DNA of 64,000 bases, taken from contig CAJNYD010000013.1 of the NCBI GenBank assembly GCA_905331295.1, forward strand, positions 206,763-270,762, read 5' to 3'. Origin of the DNA: Rotaria socialis (taxonomy: Eukaryota). Below, one piece after another: positions 17,221 to 28,136 of this stretch. Under the pieces are notes generated by a model. That model searched no databases, was not told the DNA's origin, and worked only from the letters and a program-made list of their open reading frames with translations. The first letter of the stretch is position 1, and each line of letters begins with the position of its first letter. Both the position numbers and the translations under genes were made by a program.

Positions 17221-18382
17221 ATGGTAAGCACGTTAGAGAATTAAATGACATTGATATTCATAAAGACATTAATTTTTCCATTCATTCATTTTCAGAGCAC
17301 ATTTACCTCTACTAAAACTGAAGGTAAGATTATAATTAATAGAGAACATCTTTATATGTTGTTTTGTATTCCTATAGAATTTCGACATGTATTCGAATTA
17401 TTCGATAAGAATGGCGATGGAAGTATTGATGCCAATGAAATTGGGTTCGTATTAGGTTTTATTCATTGATGCGTAAATATCACAAGTAATATAATTAATA
17501 AATTATTCTTAATGGAAAAAGTTAATCAGCGGAAATTAAAATTTACTGGTACCTAGCTAATAACTGAATAAGGAACTATTTTGATTCTTTTTTTTGTTTT
17601 GTTTGTCCCCATCATAGAAAATCTGGCTAACGAGTTACTCTAGGTCTAGAAAAGAAAAGTATAAGTTTATAATAAGCTTTCGAAAGACTACGTTTGTCGT
17701 TCTCAAAGGTAAAATGAGTTATATTTGATTCATTACTATGGTTACTTTCATAAAACTATGAATGATTGTTGAAATTTCTAATTTGACATTTGTTTTTGTT
17801 TTAGACAAGTGATGCGATCATTAGGATTAAATCCAACGAATAAAGAAATTACAGATCTTATTGCTGAAGTAGATAAAAATGGTAGTACGATTTTGATTGA
17901 AGTCGATTTTATTTTAAAACTCTATATTTTATTAGGTAATCAACGATTGGATTTTCAAGAATTTATCTCATTTATGAGCAAACATTGGCATGAGCGTGAT
18001 CAAGAAGCTGAATTACGAGAAGCTTTTCGACTGTTCGATCGAGATAATTCAGGATATATAACTATTAGCGAATTGAAACAGGTTGAGTTTGATTTTTAAT
18101 TAAAATTCTATTAACATTTTTGGGTTTTCTCTTTTTCTTTTGAAGGTTATGTTAAATATGGGTGAAAAATTAAATCAAGAAGAATTAGAAGATATGATGC
18201 GAGAAGTAAGTTCATTCGTTGATTTGAATTATTTTACTTTCTTTTTCTTTTCAGGCCGATGTAAATAAAGATGGTAAACTTGATTATCAAGGTAAGAAAA
18301 GAATCATTGGTTGAACTTGTTTTTTTTTAAACACATGTTTTTGTTTACAGAATTTGTACAAAAACTTCTTTCGACGTCTTGA
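17221..18382 (+). CDS. Calmodulin-like 4 EF-hand protein
   Basis: ATG-only first coding exon (ATG|gtaag), then STFTSTKTE EFRHVFELFDKNGDGSIDANEIG QVMRSLGLNPT...VDKNGNQRLDFQEF...FDRDNSGYITISEL...ADVNKDGKLDYQEFVQKLLSTS*. Clearly diverged from canonical calmodulin. Confidence 0.9.
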
Positions 18383-18982
18383 ACAACGACTACTATCGTT
18401 CTTCTCTCTTTTTTTTGCTGTTCATGCTATTCTAACCAGCTTCTAACTAGAGCGCACGCCTATATGCATCCATTTTATCCGTTGTAGACTGATTTAAATA
18501 AACATGTTAAAGTAGATAAATTAACAAATGAAGGATTAATACAGCACATAGACTTAAGATTAATATTAGACGAAGTAAATATGGAACTTTGTTTACCAAA
18601 GTGTTAATGTAGACAAGCACGGATATATCTTAGGAAATACTCTATTTAGGGCAGACCTTGCTGCTTTTGTTTTTGTTCAATGTTACATATGCAAGATGGC
18701 AGTTAGACACTCGTATCTATTTGATTCTCAAAGTGTTCTATGCAACAAACATCGAGTTTCTGAATGAGCTGTCGACAGAAGAAGTAGAGTTAAAAAAATA
18801 TTCAGTTAGACAATGTCAATATTAAACCAATTAAATCGATGTGTACGTATGCAATTAAAGAATAAGATAATCGCCGAATGCAAAAAGAAATATTTACTAT
18901 TTTTATCAGCATAAAATTTATTGCAATGAAAAATAATTCTGTACAAACAAAAACAAAATTGTCAACAATTGATTTTTTTTTC

Positions 18983-20840
18983 TTATCTTGAACGTTCTAA
19001 TGTAAATAAACGAAGTATAACTGTATGACAGCTAAGTTCTTGAACAATTAATTTATCGTGTTCATGCATAATTTTCAATTGATTATGTTTATTATATTTT
19101 GTAAAATGAATATCTTGACGACAAATACCTATTGGATGTTCAATGACACGTATAATCGCTGTATTCGATGATTCCGATTCAAAAAGTAACGTTAATAAAT
19201 TGTTATAACGATCAAAACAATGATCAGTTAGAATTGCTGATGATAAATCGAGAACTTTTTGAGGTTTTGTTTGTCGTCCATAACGAGTCATTTGTCGGTC
19301 ACTTGCTGTTGGAATTGCAGCTGTGCCATCATCAACTGTATACAAGTGTTTAATAGATGTGGATTCATCAGGCACTAATTGCCAAACGTAGACCGTCGAT
19401 TCTCGAATATCAATTATGCAATCACGATTATTTTTTGTATCAATAAAATAGACTTGACTATTCGGTGATAAATTATCTGTCCATGATCGTTTTAAATGGC
19501 CATTTGATATCGGCGATGAATCATTATTTAAATCAAAAACAAAATAATCTTCATTGATACATGTAAGATAATGTTGTGTACTACAAAATGCATAGTCAAA
19601 TAGTGGACGTTCACCATTGAATGTATAGAGAACTGTTGGACAAGATGTAATTATAACATTGATCGGTAATGAGTCATCGGGATGTTCATGAATTGAATGT
19701 GATTTTACTGTATATTCATCAAGAATACTATGGAGAGAATAGAGATTACATCTATAATAAAAACAAATAATTATTCGAAAACAAGATTTTTAGAAATATG
19801 AGAATATTCAGCAGTGATATACACAGAAATCAAGCGCGATCGGATTGGCATATCTCTCTTTACAAGTCTTATTTCTGTGAAACTCGATAACCTAGTCTGA
19901 AATGACACGTTATCGCGTAGAAAAATAGCCTCTGTTTATATAGGGCAAACTAATCACAAGTATATCAGATTATAGAGAAATATTTATTTCTGTGTGTTAT
20001 TTGTCGTCATATTTGGTTCGCTAAAAGCTTCAGAGCAGCTTCTTTTTCTTCTGTTTTTAATCTCAACAAAACTAAGTGAAAAAAGTCATCTTTTTACCTA
20101 TTCCTTTGATTTTGTACAATAAGAAATTCGTGAGTTATAGCCGCTTGTTTAAGGTCGCTGCCAAAAATCTGAGGTTCAATTAGAAAAACATAGCTAAGCC
20201 AACGTGGCCATATTCTTAATAAAATAAATAAATGTGATCGTTGTTTATAACGTGTATGTATTGATATCATATGATATGCTTCATGGTATTCAAATGATTT
20301 TTCAAGAAATTTAACTGGTATTTCACATTGAAAACTAATACCATTGGATGGCATACGTAATTTTAATTTAAAATCATACAGAAATAAACGGTGATCAGCC
20401 GTCATCAATATAAAACCATCTTGTTTTGCACAATTTCGATTTTGAAAATTCGCGTATGTACATATACCAATAAACACAATTTTAACTGGAAATAAATCTT
20501 CAGCAATAAAAATTAAATTATTTTTATCGATGATATATAAACGAAGATTATTTAAGTGTAATGTTATCATATAGTGACCAAGAATAAACGTTGATTTGTT
20601 CGGTAATAGTTTATGTTCTGATGTTTGTTGAGACTCTTGAAATTCACATGAATAATTTGATTTAAGCAAACGTCGAAGGCATATTTCATTAATAAGTGTA
20701 GATGTCGATGATGAGCAATACGGACGGATATGGTATAAACATGCATACAATGATAATTTTTCAATAGGAATTCCTGATTGACGACTTATTAAACAACGTA
20801 TTCGATTACGAAATGAACGATTCGTATGAGATAATGACAT
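18983..20840 (-). CDS. DCAF17: DDB1- and CUL4-associated factor 17-like, two exons (20840-~20098; ~19753-18983)
   Basis: Segments FILMTADHRLF, LRIWPRWLSYVFLIEPQIFGSDLKQAAITHEFLIV, CNLYSLHSIL, LPINVIITSCPTVLY, MTRYGRQTK and FDRYNNLLTLL follow the DCAF17 pattern colinearly as recalled; ~500 aa. Confidence 0.65.
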
Positions 20841-20968
20841 AATCTAAAAAATAAAGTCATAAAAATACTCTTGATTGTAAATATTTATGTATATCGCATA
20901 TAATAAAATAGAAAAATGATTCCATATAAAATTTTCAGAATTTTTTTTTTCTTTGTATGATGAATGGT

Positions 20969-23063
20969 TTAATCATCGAAAGTTGAGAGTTCGGAGATTA
21001 TTGAACGATCTCTATTACCATTGATTTGTAGACGGCGTCGACGAAACTCTAAAACAACAAAGTTGATTGAGTTCTAATTAAAGAACACGATAAAGAAGTT
21101 GTAGATTTCAAGGTTTTTAAATTCGTGACAACGAAGACTTTATTGTTCAAAGTTGAGAGGAAACCGATCAAGTATTTATAGTGCCAAGGATATTGATTAC
21201 TATCTTCTATACTTTGAGTATTTAGAGTCTTTCAAAATATGAGCCGCTCATCGTAGTTATTGTAAAAATAATATATTACCCGGAATTCATATCTGTCTAA
21301 TTAAAACTCTCTGAACTATGTTTTGAAAAATTTGATTGATCTAATTTTTTATATTGAATGAGGCATTTCAAAGATTTTCGTAGCACAATTAGATTGCCTT
21401 CTATATTCAATGATTTTACGACGTCGTGGCTTGCTATCGTTGGTGGAGATAAATTCGTCGTTGTTGGTATTGCTGCATTTAATGATTTTGTTGACAACTT
21501 GAGGGTCGGTGTTCGTGCTGAATTCGTGGATGATGTTCCTCCTAAATTTGTCATTGATATTCGTTCTGGCTCTGATGCCGTGGTTGGTGGTTGATTCATG
21601 GACGGTGTTTGTCCTAAATTCGCCGCTGACACATTCGTGGTTACTGTTCTTTCTGAAGTTTCCTCTGGTTTTGTTGTTGTTGTTGTTGTTGGATTATTTG
21701 TTATTAAACTAGCAGCAATAGCTGCTTCCATCTGTTGTTGATTCCACTCCTCTATAGGATCCTTATAAAACGGCGAGTTTATACTTGGACTATTTTCCGG
21801 AGCATCACTGACCTTTTCAGTGGTCGTGTATGGAGTTAGATTATTCTTCTGAGTATCAAATCCAGTTAAAGATTGAATCATTTGTTGAGCACCACGGTTA
21901 TCAGTGAATGGGTCATTTTTATTTGATGATTGATGTACAATAGTCAGTGGACTAGAAAATAACATTCTTTGCTGTTCTCGTTCATTGGAATTAATCAATC
22001 CTGGATTATTAACAATGTATTGTGGTACGTGGTCAGCTGAGAGTACTGAAGAATTATGACGAGGGCGTGGATAGTCGCATTGTGGTATCGTTGATAGAGC
22101 AGTATTACTTTTTGATTGAACTGCCATTATTAAAACAGGATGAGCACGATCATGTTGAGGATGAGAAGGGTCTACATTTGTTGGCATAAGTTGATCAGCA
22201 ATATGTTTCGGTACATACTGTAATAGTTTTTGCTGAATCTGAGGATCATTTGGATTTTTTTGATACTCATTGTATACATGTTGTGGTACGGTTATTTTCT
22301 CGTTCATATAATTATTTAGATCATTGATATTATCTATTATTTTATTATCCATGATTAATTTAGGTAAATCTTTAATTAATAGTCCATATTCATGTGGACT
22401 AATAGGATTGGTTGTTAACTGTAGATCAGCTGTACAATCTTGTAAGTCTCCATGTACAATAAATACTGAACAATCATTTTCTGTTATGAAGTTTATATAC
22501 TGTACTAGAACAGAATTGGTAATTAACTTTGGCACATAATAAAAGGAATTTAAATCAAAGTAACTGATACCAAATCTTCTTATCGTAAACCAGTGTAAAC
22601 CCAAGTTACAAATATATGCTTTAATACTATGTGGTCTAGAACGTGCTTGTTTAGCAATATCCTCTTGACTTGTAAAAGATACTAATTCAAGGCTGACCGT
22701 TTTCAATGCTTCGTGCAATACCTGAATGCTAAAAAAACCTGTATCTATAAATATGAAAACAGGATCTATTAAGAAAAACAAAAATTTGCCCTTAATATTT
22801 AACAAACCATTCATATTCTTAGATACATCATATTGTGAGGATGTCAATACATTTCGTTCTTCATTATCAAGGTGCCTAGAAAGAACGAATTGATTTGTAG
22901 TCGATCAAAATTTTGATTATTTTGTTTTTTACTTAGCAATTTCAACTAATGAGTCAACTGAAAATACTGAGCTTTGTAAAAGATTATTTAATGCATGTTG
23001 ACCACAGAGAGCACTCTGCTGATGTTCATGATATATTCCTGTGCGCGCTGCAACTTTATCCAT
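20969..23063 (-). CDS. ATXN3: Ataxin-3-like Josephin deubiquitinase with UIM and VCP-binding-like motif
   Basis: MDKVAARTGIYHEHQQSALCGQHALNNLLQ (catalytic Cys), GFFSIQVL, ICNLGLHWFTIRR (His), FDLNS (Asn), VFIVHGDLQDCTAD; UIM-like QQQMEAAIAASL. The last exon 21048-20969 is inferred via a GC-AG intron; unspliced, the ORF ends at 21297. Confidence 0.88.
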
Positions 23064-23147
23064 CTACAAGTGAAAACCGTATATATTTATTTATTATTAA
23101 AAACAAAACGTGCAAAAAAGCAATTTATTAAAAATGAAAATGATCTG

Positions 23148-24502
23148 TCAATTATTCATGGAACGTGGAACAGAAGACGATCGATTGATACTACCAATAG
23201 ATAAACGAATAGACAATAGTGAAGAATCAATGGAAAAAAAAAAACATCAAACCTTTTGGTTTGTTGAATTGTACGTTTTTGATTTTGTGTTGCACTACGA
23301 ATACCAGCAACCGGATAGGGTTGTTGAGATTGTCCTGTTGAATTTTGTTGATTTGGCGCTTTAGAATTCCTAAAAAGAACAAAAGTACAAGTGAAAAAAT
23401 AAATAAATATTTGTTTTAATGTCATACTTTGACGCGGAACTTGCATTCTTTTGGAACACTTTTTCGATATTAAATGAAATTAAATTCAATGATGATATGT
23501 CATCGGCCGCACACGGAATTAATAAAGAAGGTGCAATGGTATAGTACCAATGTAATATATATGGTGGAATACCGGAATCAGTATATTTATATTGCCAATA
23601 AGGTAAACCACAATGAAGAAGTAGCAGACGATAATAATCAGTAAACGTAAAAGCAAGCCGATGAAAATGTAATGAACGATCCAAAAACCAAATACTCACA
23701 TCGCGACTCTATGTGAAAAACAGATTATAATTTAACTGCAAAGAATACGAGCAAGAGACTGGATAGGTAAAGTTTCGTACAGCCAGGATGATTTTTTTCT
23801 GATAGCTCTTATTTAAAAAATGAATTCAAATCTATCACTAAGACATACTGGATTATAGACAAGACAAACGCGTCCTTGTCCTTCGGAATTATCAAGTTCA
23901 AATATATGCCATGAACGAGAATTAAATCGAGGTGCGTCTAAAATGATGATGAATTCAGGAATGTAATTAAACAGAAAAACGAACATACCATTCTCAGAAA
24001 AATCATTCAATTCATCAACGGCTGTTTGCTTCGATCCAGCTGTAACTATTTTCGTTAAATCATTCAATGAATTTATATGCATTTTACCAATAAATGTTGG
24101 TATTGTGTCTTTAGAAATAAAAACAATTCATAAAATGAATTATTTTATCTGTGACATATGAATATTTACTATTATTTCCCGTTTTAACTGACCATCGTAT
24201 ATCAAGTCCATCTGACATTGCATAGAATTTTTTCAGATCATCAGGTAATTCGCATTCGTTTTTCTATAGGAAACCAGACTTCGATTTCATCCTATCAAAT
24301 GATGTATCTTACGTCTTCCCACTGTAGTAAAGCATCTGCTGAACATGTACTTTTATCTTTGACATGAACTCGATCGACTTCAGCTCGTTGTTCTATGCAG
24401 ACAGAGAGAAAGAGAAACAGGAATTATTTATGTATAAACATTGTACGAAGAAAAGTTTCCTGTACCTAAATAGTTAATTACGGATGTTGTTGCAGAATCC
24501 AT
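23148..24502 (-). CDS. TPGS2: Tubulin polyglutamylase complex subunit 2 (SMI1/KNR4-like)
   Basis: LLQWED|KNECELPDDLKKFYAMSDGLDIRWSVK...IGKMHINSLNDL...IFELD..GQGRVCLVY...IWFLDRSLHFHRLAFTFTDYYRLLLLHCGLPYWQYKYTDSGI. Confidence 0.85.
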
Positions 24503-24615
24503 ACATTATATTTCAATAGAAAATTATATTCATCTACAATAGGTTTTCTACATGAACAAACAATTTTTAACTAGTAAAGAAAATCACAAAAAAAAGGAAA
24601 ACAAATGAGCTCATT

Positions 24616-24987
24616 TCAGTTGGATGGCATCTTTTTGTTTGCTTTTTGAAAATTACTCATTTGTTCAAGAACTTCAGTTTCTCGACGAACTCGTTCTCGG
24701 TCTTTCAATTGTTGAATCAATGCATCCTATGAGAATGAAAATAGTGCTCGCTCGTGTTTCAAATATTAATCAATTCGTTTACGCGTTCTGGATTGGGTGG
24801 TGGGTAGAATCGTTTGCGAGCTTCAATGACTTGGTCTTTGAATATTTCAGGGCGACTGAATAGAAACATGGCCATAATAGGAAAACTCACATAGCACGCC
24901 ATGCCTGAATATAAAATGACAAATCTATGAAGATTCGTTGATCGTTTATGAATACTTACGAAAAACTTCTAATTTCCAGCCTCCCAT
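24616..24987 (-). CDS. PET100: PET100 cytochrome c oxidase assembly factor, 3 exons (absent from ORF track)
   Basis: Spliced MGGWKLEVFR|MACYVSFPIMAMFLFSRPEIFKDQVIEARKRFYPPPNPER|DALIQQLKDRERVRRETEVLEQMSNFQKANKKMPSN* matches the PET100 pattern MG(G)WKLEV.RM..Y..FP. Confidence 0.85.
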
Positions 24988-25482
24988 ATCTAAAACAATC
25001 ATTTAAATAGTTAAGATAATTATAATGCATTTGCTTGTGTTGTTTTTATTCAGAACGAAAGAAAAGAAATTAACAGAAATACGTAACGACAACAGCAGAA
25101 AAAAACGATGAAAATGACAAGATACTATACAACAATACCGAACAAAAAGGAATAATGAGATGAGTAAAATGACTTCCATCGAATGTTACTCTTAAATAAT
25201 GTTATATGCTTGGTTTTCACAAAATTTAACTTCTATGAAGATAACCCAGATCAATGGTGAATAATATACGAGAGAGAAAAGTAAAAGGCAAATGACTGAA
25301 TAAGTATACTTATTGATAAATAAATGAAGAATAAATTACATTAGTTGCAGCCCCAAGACAACACTCCCAAAAAAAAGAAGAAGAGACGAAAGAAATGAAT
25401 AAATAAATTGAAGCGTTCTTTTTTTTCTTTGTCTACAATCGATGTATTCATAAATTTTTGGATATATTTTTATTTTATTGCT

Positions 25483-26219
25483 TTATTTATTTGCTAAATC
25501 TTTTTTTTCTTGTGAACTATCACCAAAATTAAGATATTCATCGTGTGTTACACTCGTAGGCATTGTTCCGCTTGTAGCGCCTTGATTCATATCGTTCTTG
25601 TCGTTTCCATTAAAGTGCATTGCTGATTTTGATGATGTCATTTTTGATTTAACAGCAGTAACAGTTGAACCAAATGTATTCTCAAATGTTTTGAAATAAT
25701 TGGAATCTAAAAAAAATAACAAAAAAACATAAAAAATCAAATAAAAAATCAAATAAATTACTTCTAAAAGTTCCAAAACGTGATTTAACGGTTGTATTAA
25801 CCGTCTGTAAAGCTGGCGCAAGTTTATTCGATGCAGCATGGAATGTGTCAGCTGTCTTTTGATAGGCTGTTGATGCTTTAATATCGTGAACAGTTGCGTT
25901 CCAATCTTGTTTAAGTTCATCAACAAAGCCAACGCCTAATAATGTTTTGAGTTCATTTTCACGTTTTATTTTAGCAGTAAGTACTTGACGTAAGGTTACA
26001 ATTTCATCTTGAACTTTCATTAATTCTAAAAAACAAAGAAATATTTTGTTTTTCTTTCTCTAAAAACCTACCTTGTCGATAATCATCTTCTGGTTTGAAT
26101 CCATCCTCTTCTTGAAGTATAAATTGTTGTGGATTCGTATTTGTATCCGTAGATGTTGCATTCAAATCCGGATCAGTATCGAACGGTTTAGGCATTTTAG
26201 TCGATTGCTGATTATCCAT
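25483..26219 (-). CDS. TPD52: Tumor protein D52 family protein, 3 exons
   Basis: Coiled coil ELMKVQDEIVTLRQVLTAKIKRENELKTLLG and D52 motif ELKQDW..VHDIKASTAYQKT...FR|..YFKTFE. Confidence 0.88.
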
Positions 26220-26364
26220 TTGTATTTAATTATCAATAAAAACTATATCTATAGCAAAAACAAGATAAAACATATTTTATATTTATTCATACTCAATTAT
26301 CTGTTTACAATTATAGCAAAATAATTTTTAATTTACGATCTGAATGTTACAAGAAAAAAGCATT

Positions 26365-27935
26365 TTAGGTCGGCTCGTTAAAATAGTTTTTATATAACGT
26401 ATCAAGTTTTTCGCTGGCGAATCGACCGCCTTGAATAGAGTTCCATTTAGTACCGAATCGATCTTGTAGGCGATTGAAACTTTGCACGATTTCGTTGTCA
26501 GTTGCGTTACCATTTAAACCAAGTGCTGAGTGTAAATTTGATTGTTTCAGTATTCTTTGTACAAGTGCCTCATCATGAGCTGTATATTGATTTCCATCGG
26601 CCGTATGATAAATCGTTGATTGTTGCGTTTCATCCGTCGTAAATTGACCAGCTATGGTTGTTAAACCTTCGCCCATATTCCATAATTTTAATATCAATAA
26701 CTCTTCATCAATTACATTCGATGACATCATTGTATTTAGATTTAACCGAGCATAGACTAATCCATGTGTATCTAGCTGACGTTTGCATGTGCATTGTTCA
26801 CGATTAATTTGATACTCAGCCGATGATTCAAGGAAAATAGTAAAATTTTCAAACAGTTCATCATCACCATCATTTTGATAAACATCACCGAAATCACGTC
26901 GAATAAAATTTACATATGGACATAATTCTTTACATATGGAAAGTTCTTGATCATCAATAGAATTATTATTTAGTGGTTGCAGAATATTTTCATTTTTAAA
27001 ATCGAAACTAAGCGATGGAAATTGTTGACGTAATTCATATTCCATGGTAGCCATTTGATCCCTACGTGTACAAGGATTGTATTGAAATTGGATGCGAAAA
27101 TCAAATACATCATCGTAAGTTTTCGCTTTTAGAAATCGAGATGAACGACGATCACGGATAAAGTCTAAAATAGAAAAACAACTTCCGGTGGTGATATAAA
27201 CTCAAAGAAATAAGTCAGTTTAGCTATTCGTTTACCGATATTTGAAGTCCGTTGAAAATCTTTTGAAAATTCCACAATTGAATAATTCAATGCAGGATCA
27301 ATAGTACAAATATGAGTTTGATGATCATCTGTTTGTAAATAAACTCGGTAGACATGTTTCTGTTGATTCACTTTAAAACTAAATTTTTCGAGTTTCTCAA
27401 CGAATTCACGAGGTTGACTTATTGGTTTAACATTACAAAATGCCGATCGCAGAGTATCATCGCGTTGATTAGGATAATTTTCTCGTGGTAGATAATAATA
27501 TTTACCATTTGTTGTTGGAATTTTCTTTTTAATCAGATCTTGAATTTCATTAATTGAATACATATTGTTGAAGCGAAAACGTTTCGAAAAGAAATATGAA
27601 ACACCCATTCGAACACTAATCAGATACGATGATAGTTCATCGTAGGGTATTGATTTTAAAACTTCTTTGATACAATTTGAAAATTCTTCAGGTGTGCCAT
27701 TAGAGCCTGTTTCTTGGTTATTCTTCACTTGTGGTAAATGTAATTTATGTTGATGATGATTACGAGAACGAGTACCCAGATATTCATGAAAACCAATGTC
27801 GTTGGAACTTGTAGACAATGAATGTTCGAATAGAATAAAATAATTAGTCGGCGTCCGGCTGTCCGATAATTGACGTTGACTTTCTTGTTTTGTATCTGCT
27901 GAAGTGAATGCTTGAGAAGCATTATTATTTGCCAT
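26365..27935 (-). CDS. Uncharacterised ~500 aa protein with C-terminal degenerate J-domain; two exons (intron ~27236-27165)
   Basis: Two long ORFs joined by a GT-AG intron (...RTSNI|DFIRDRR...). The C-terminus RILKQSNLHSALGLNGNATDNEIVQSFNRLQDRFGTKWNSIQGGRFASEKLDTLY follows the DnaJ helix pattern without HPD. Confidence 0.75.
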
Positions 27936-28136
27936 TGTGCAAGTGATTGTCGCAGATTTACTTTATAACAATTTAACAGAAGACATGATTATCTTGAACA
28001 AACAAATTATTTATTAAAGGCACATCATCTATTTAAAATTCTCCTGAAAATTAAAACAAAAGATAGAATTTGAAATATTTTTATGTATAAAATTATTCGC
28101 ATCTATTTGACGTAGGACTATTTAAAAAGAAATCAT

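Noticed and set aside
21358..22539. Several plus-strand ORFs
   Set aside because: Antisense to the long ataxin-3 exon
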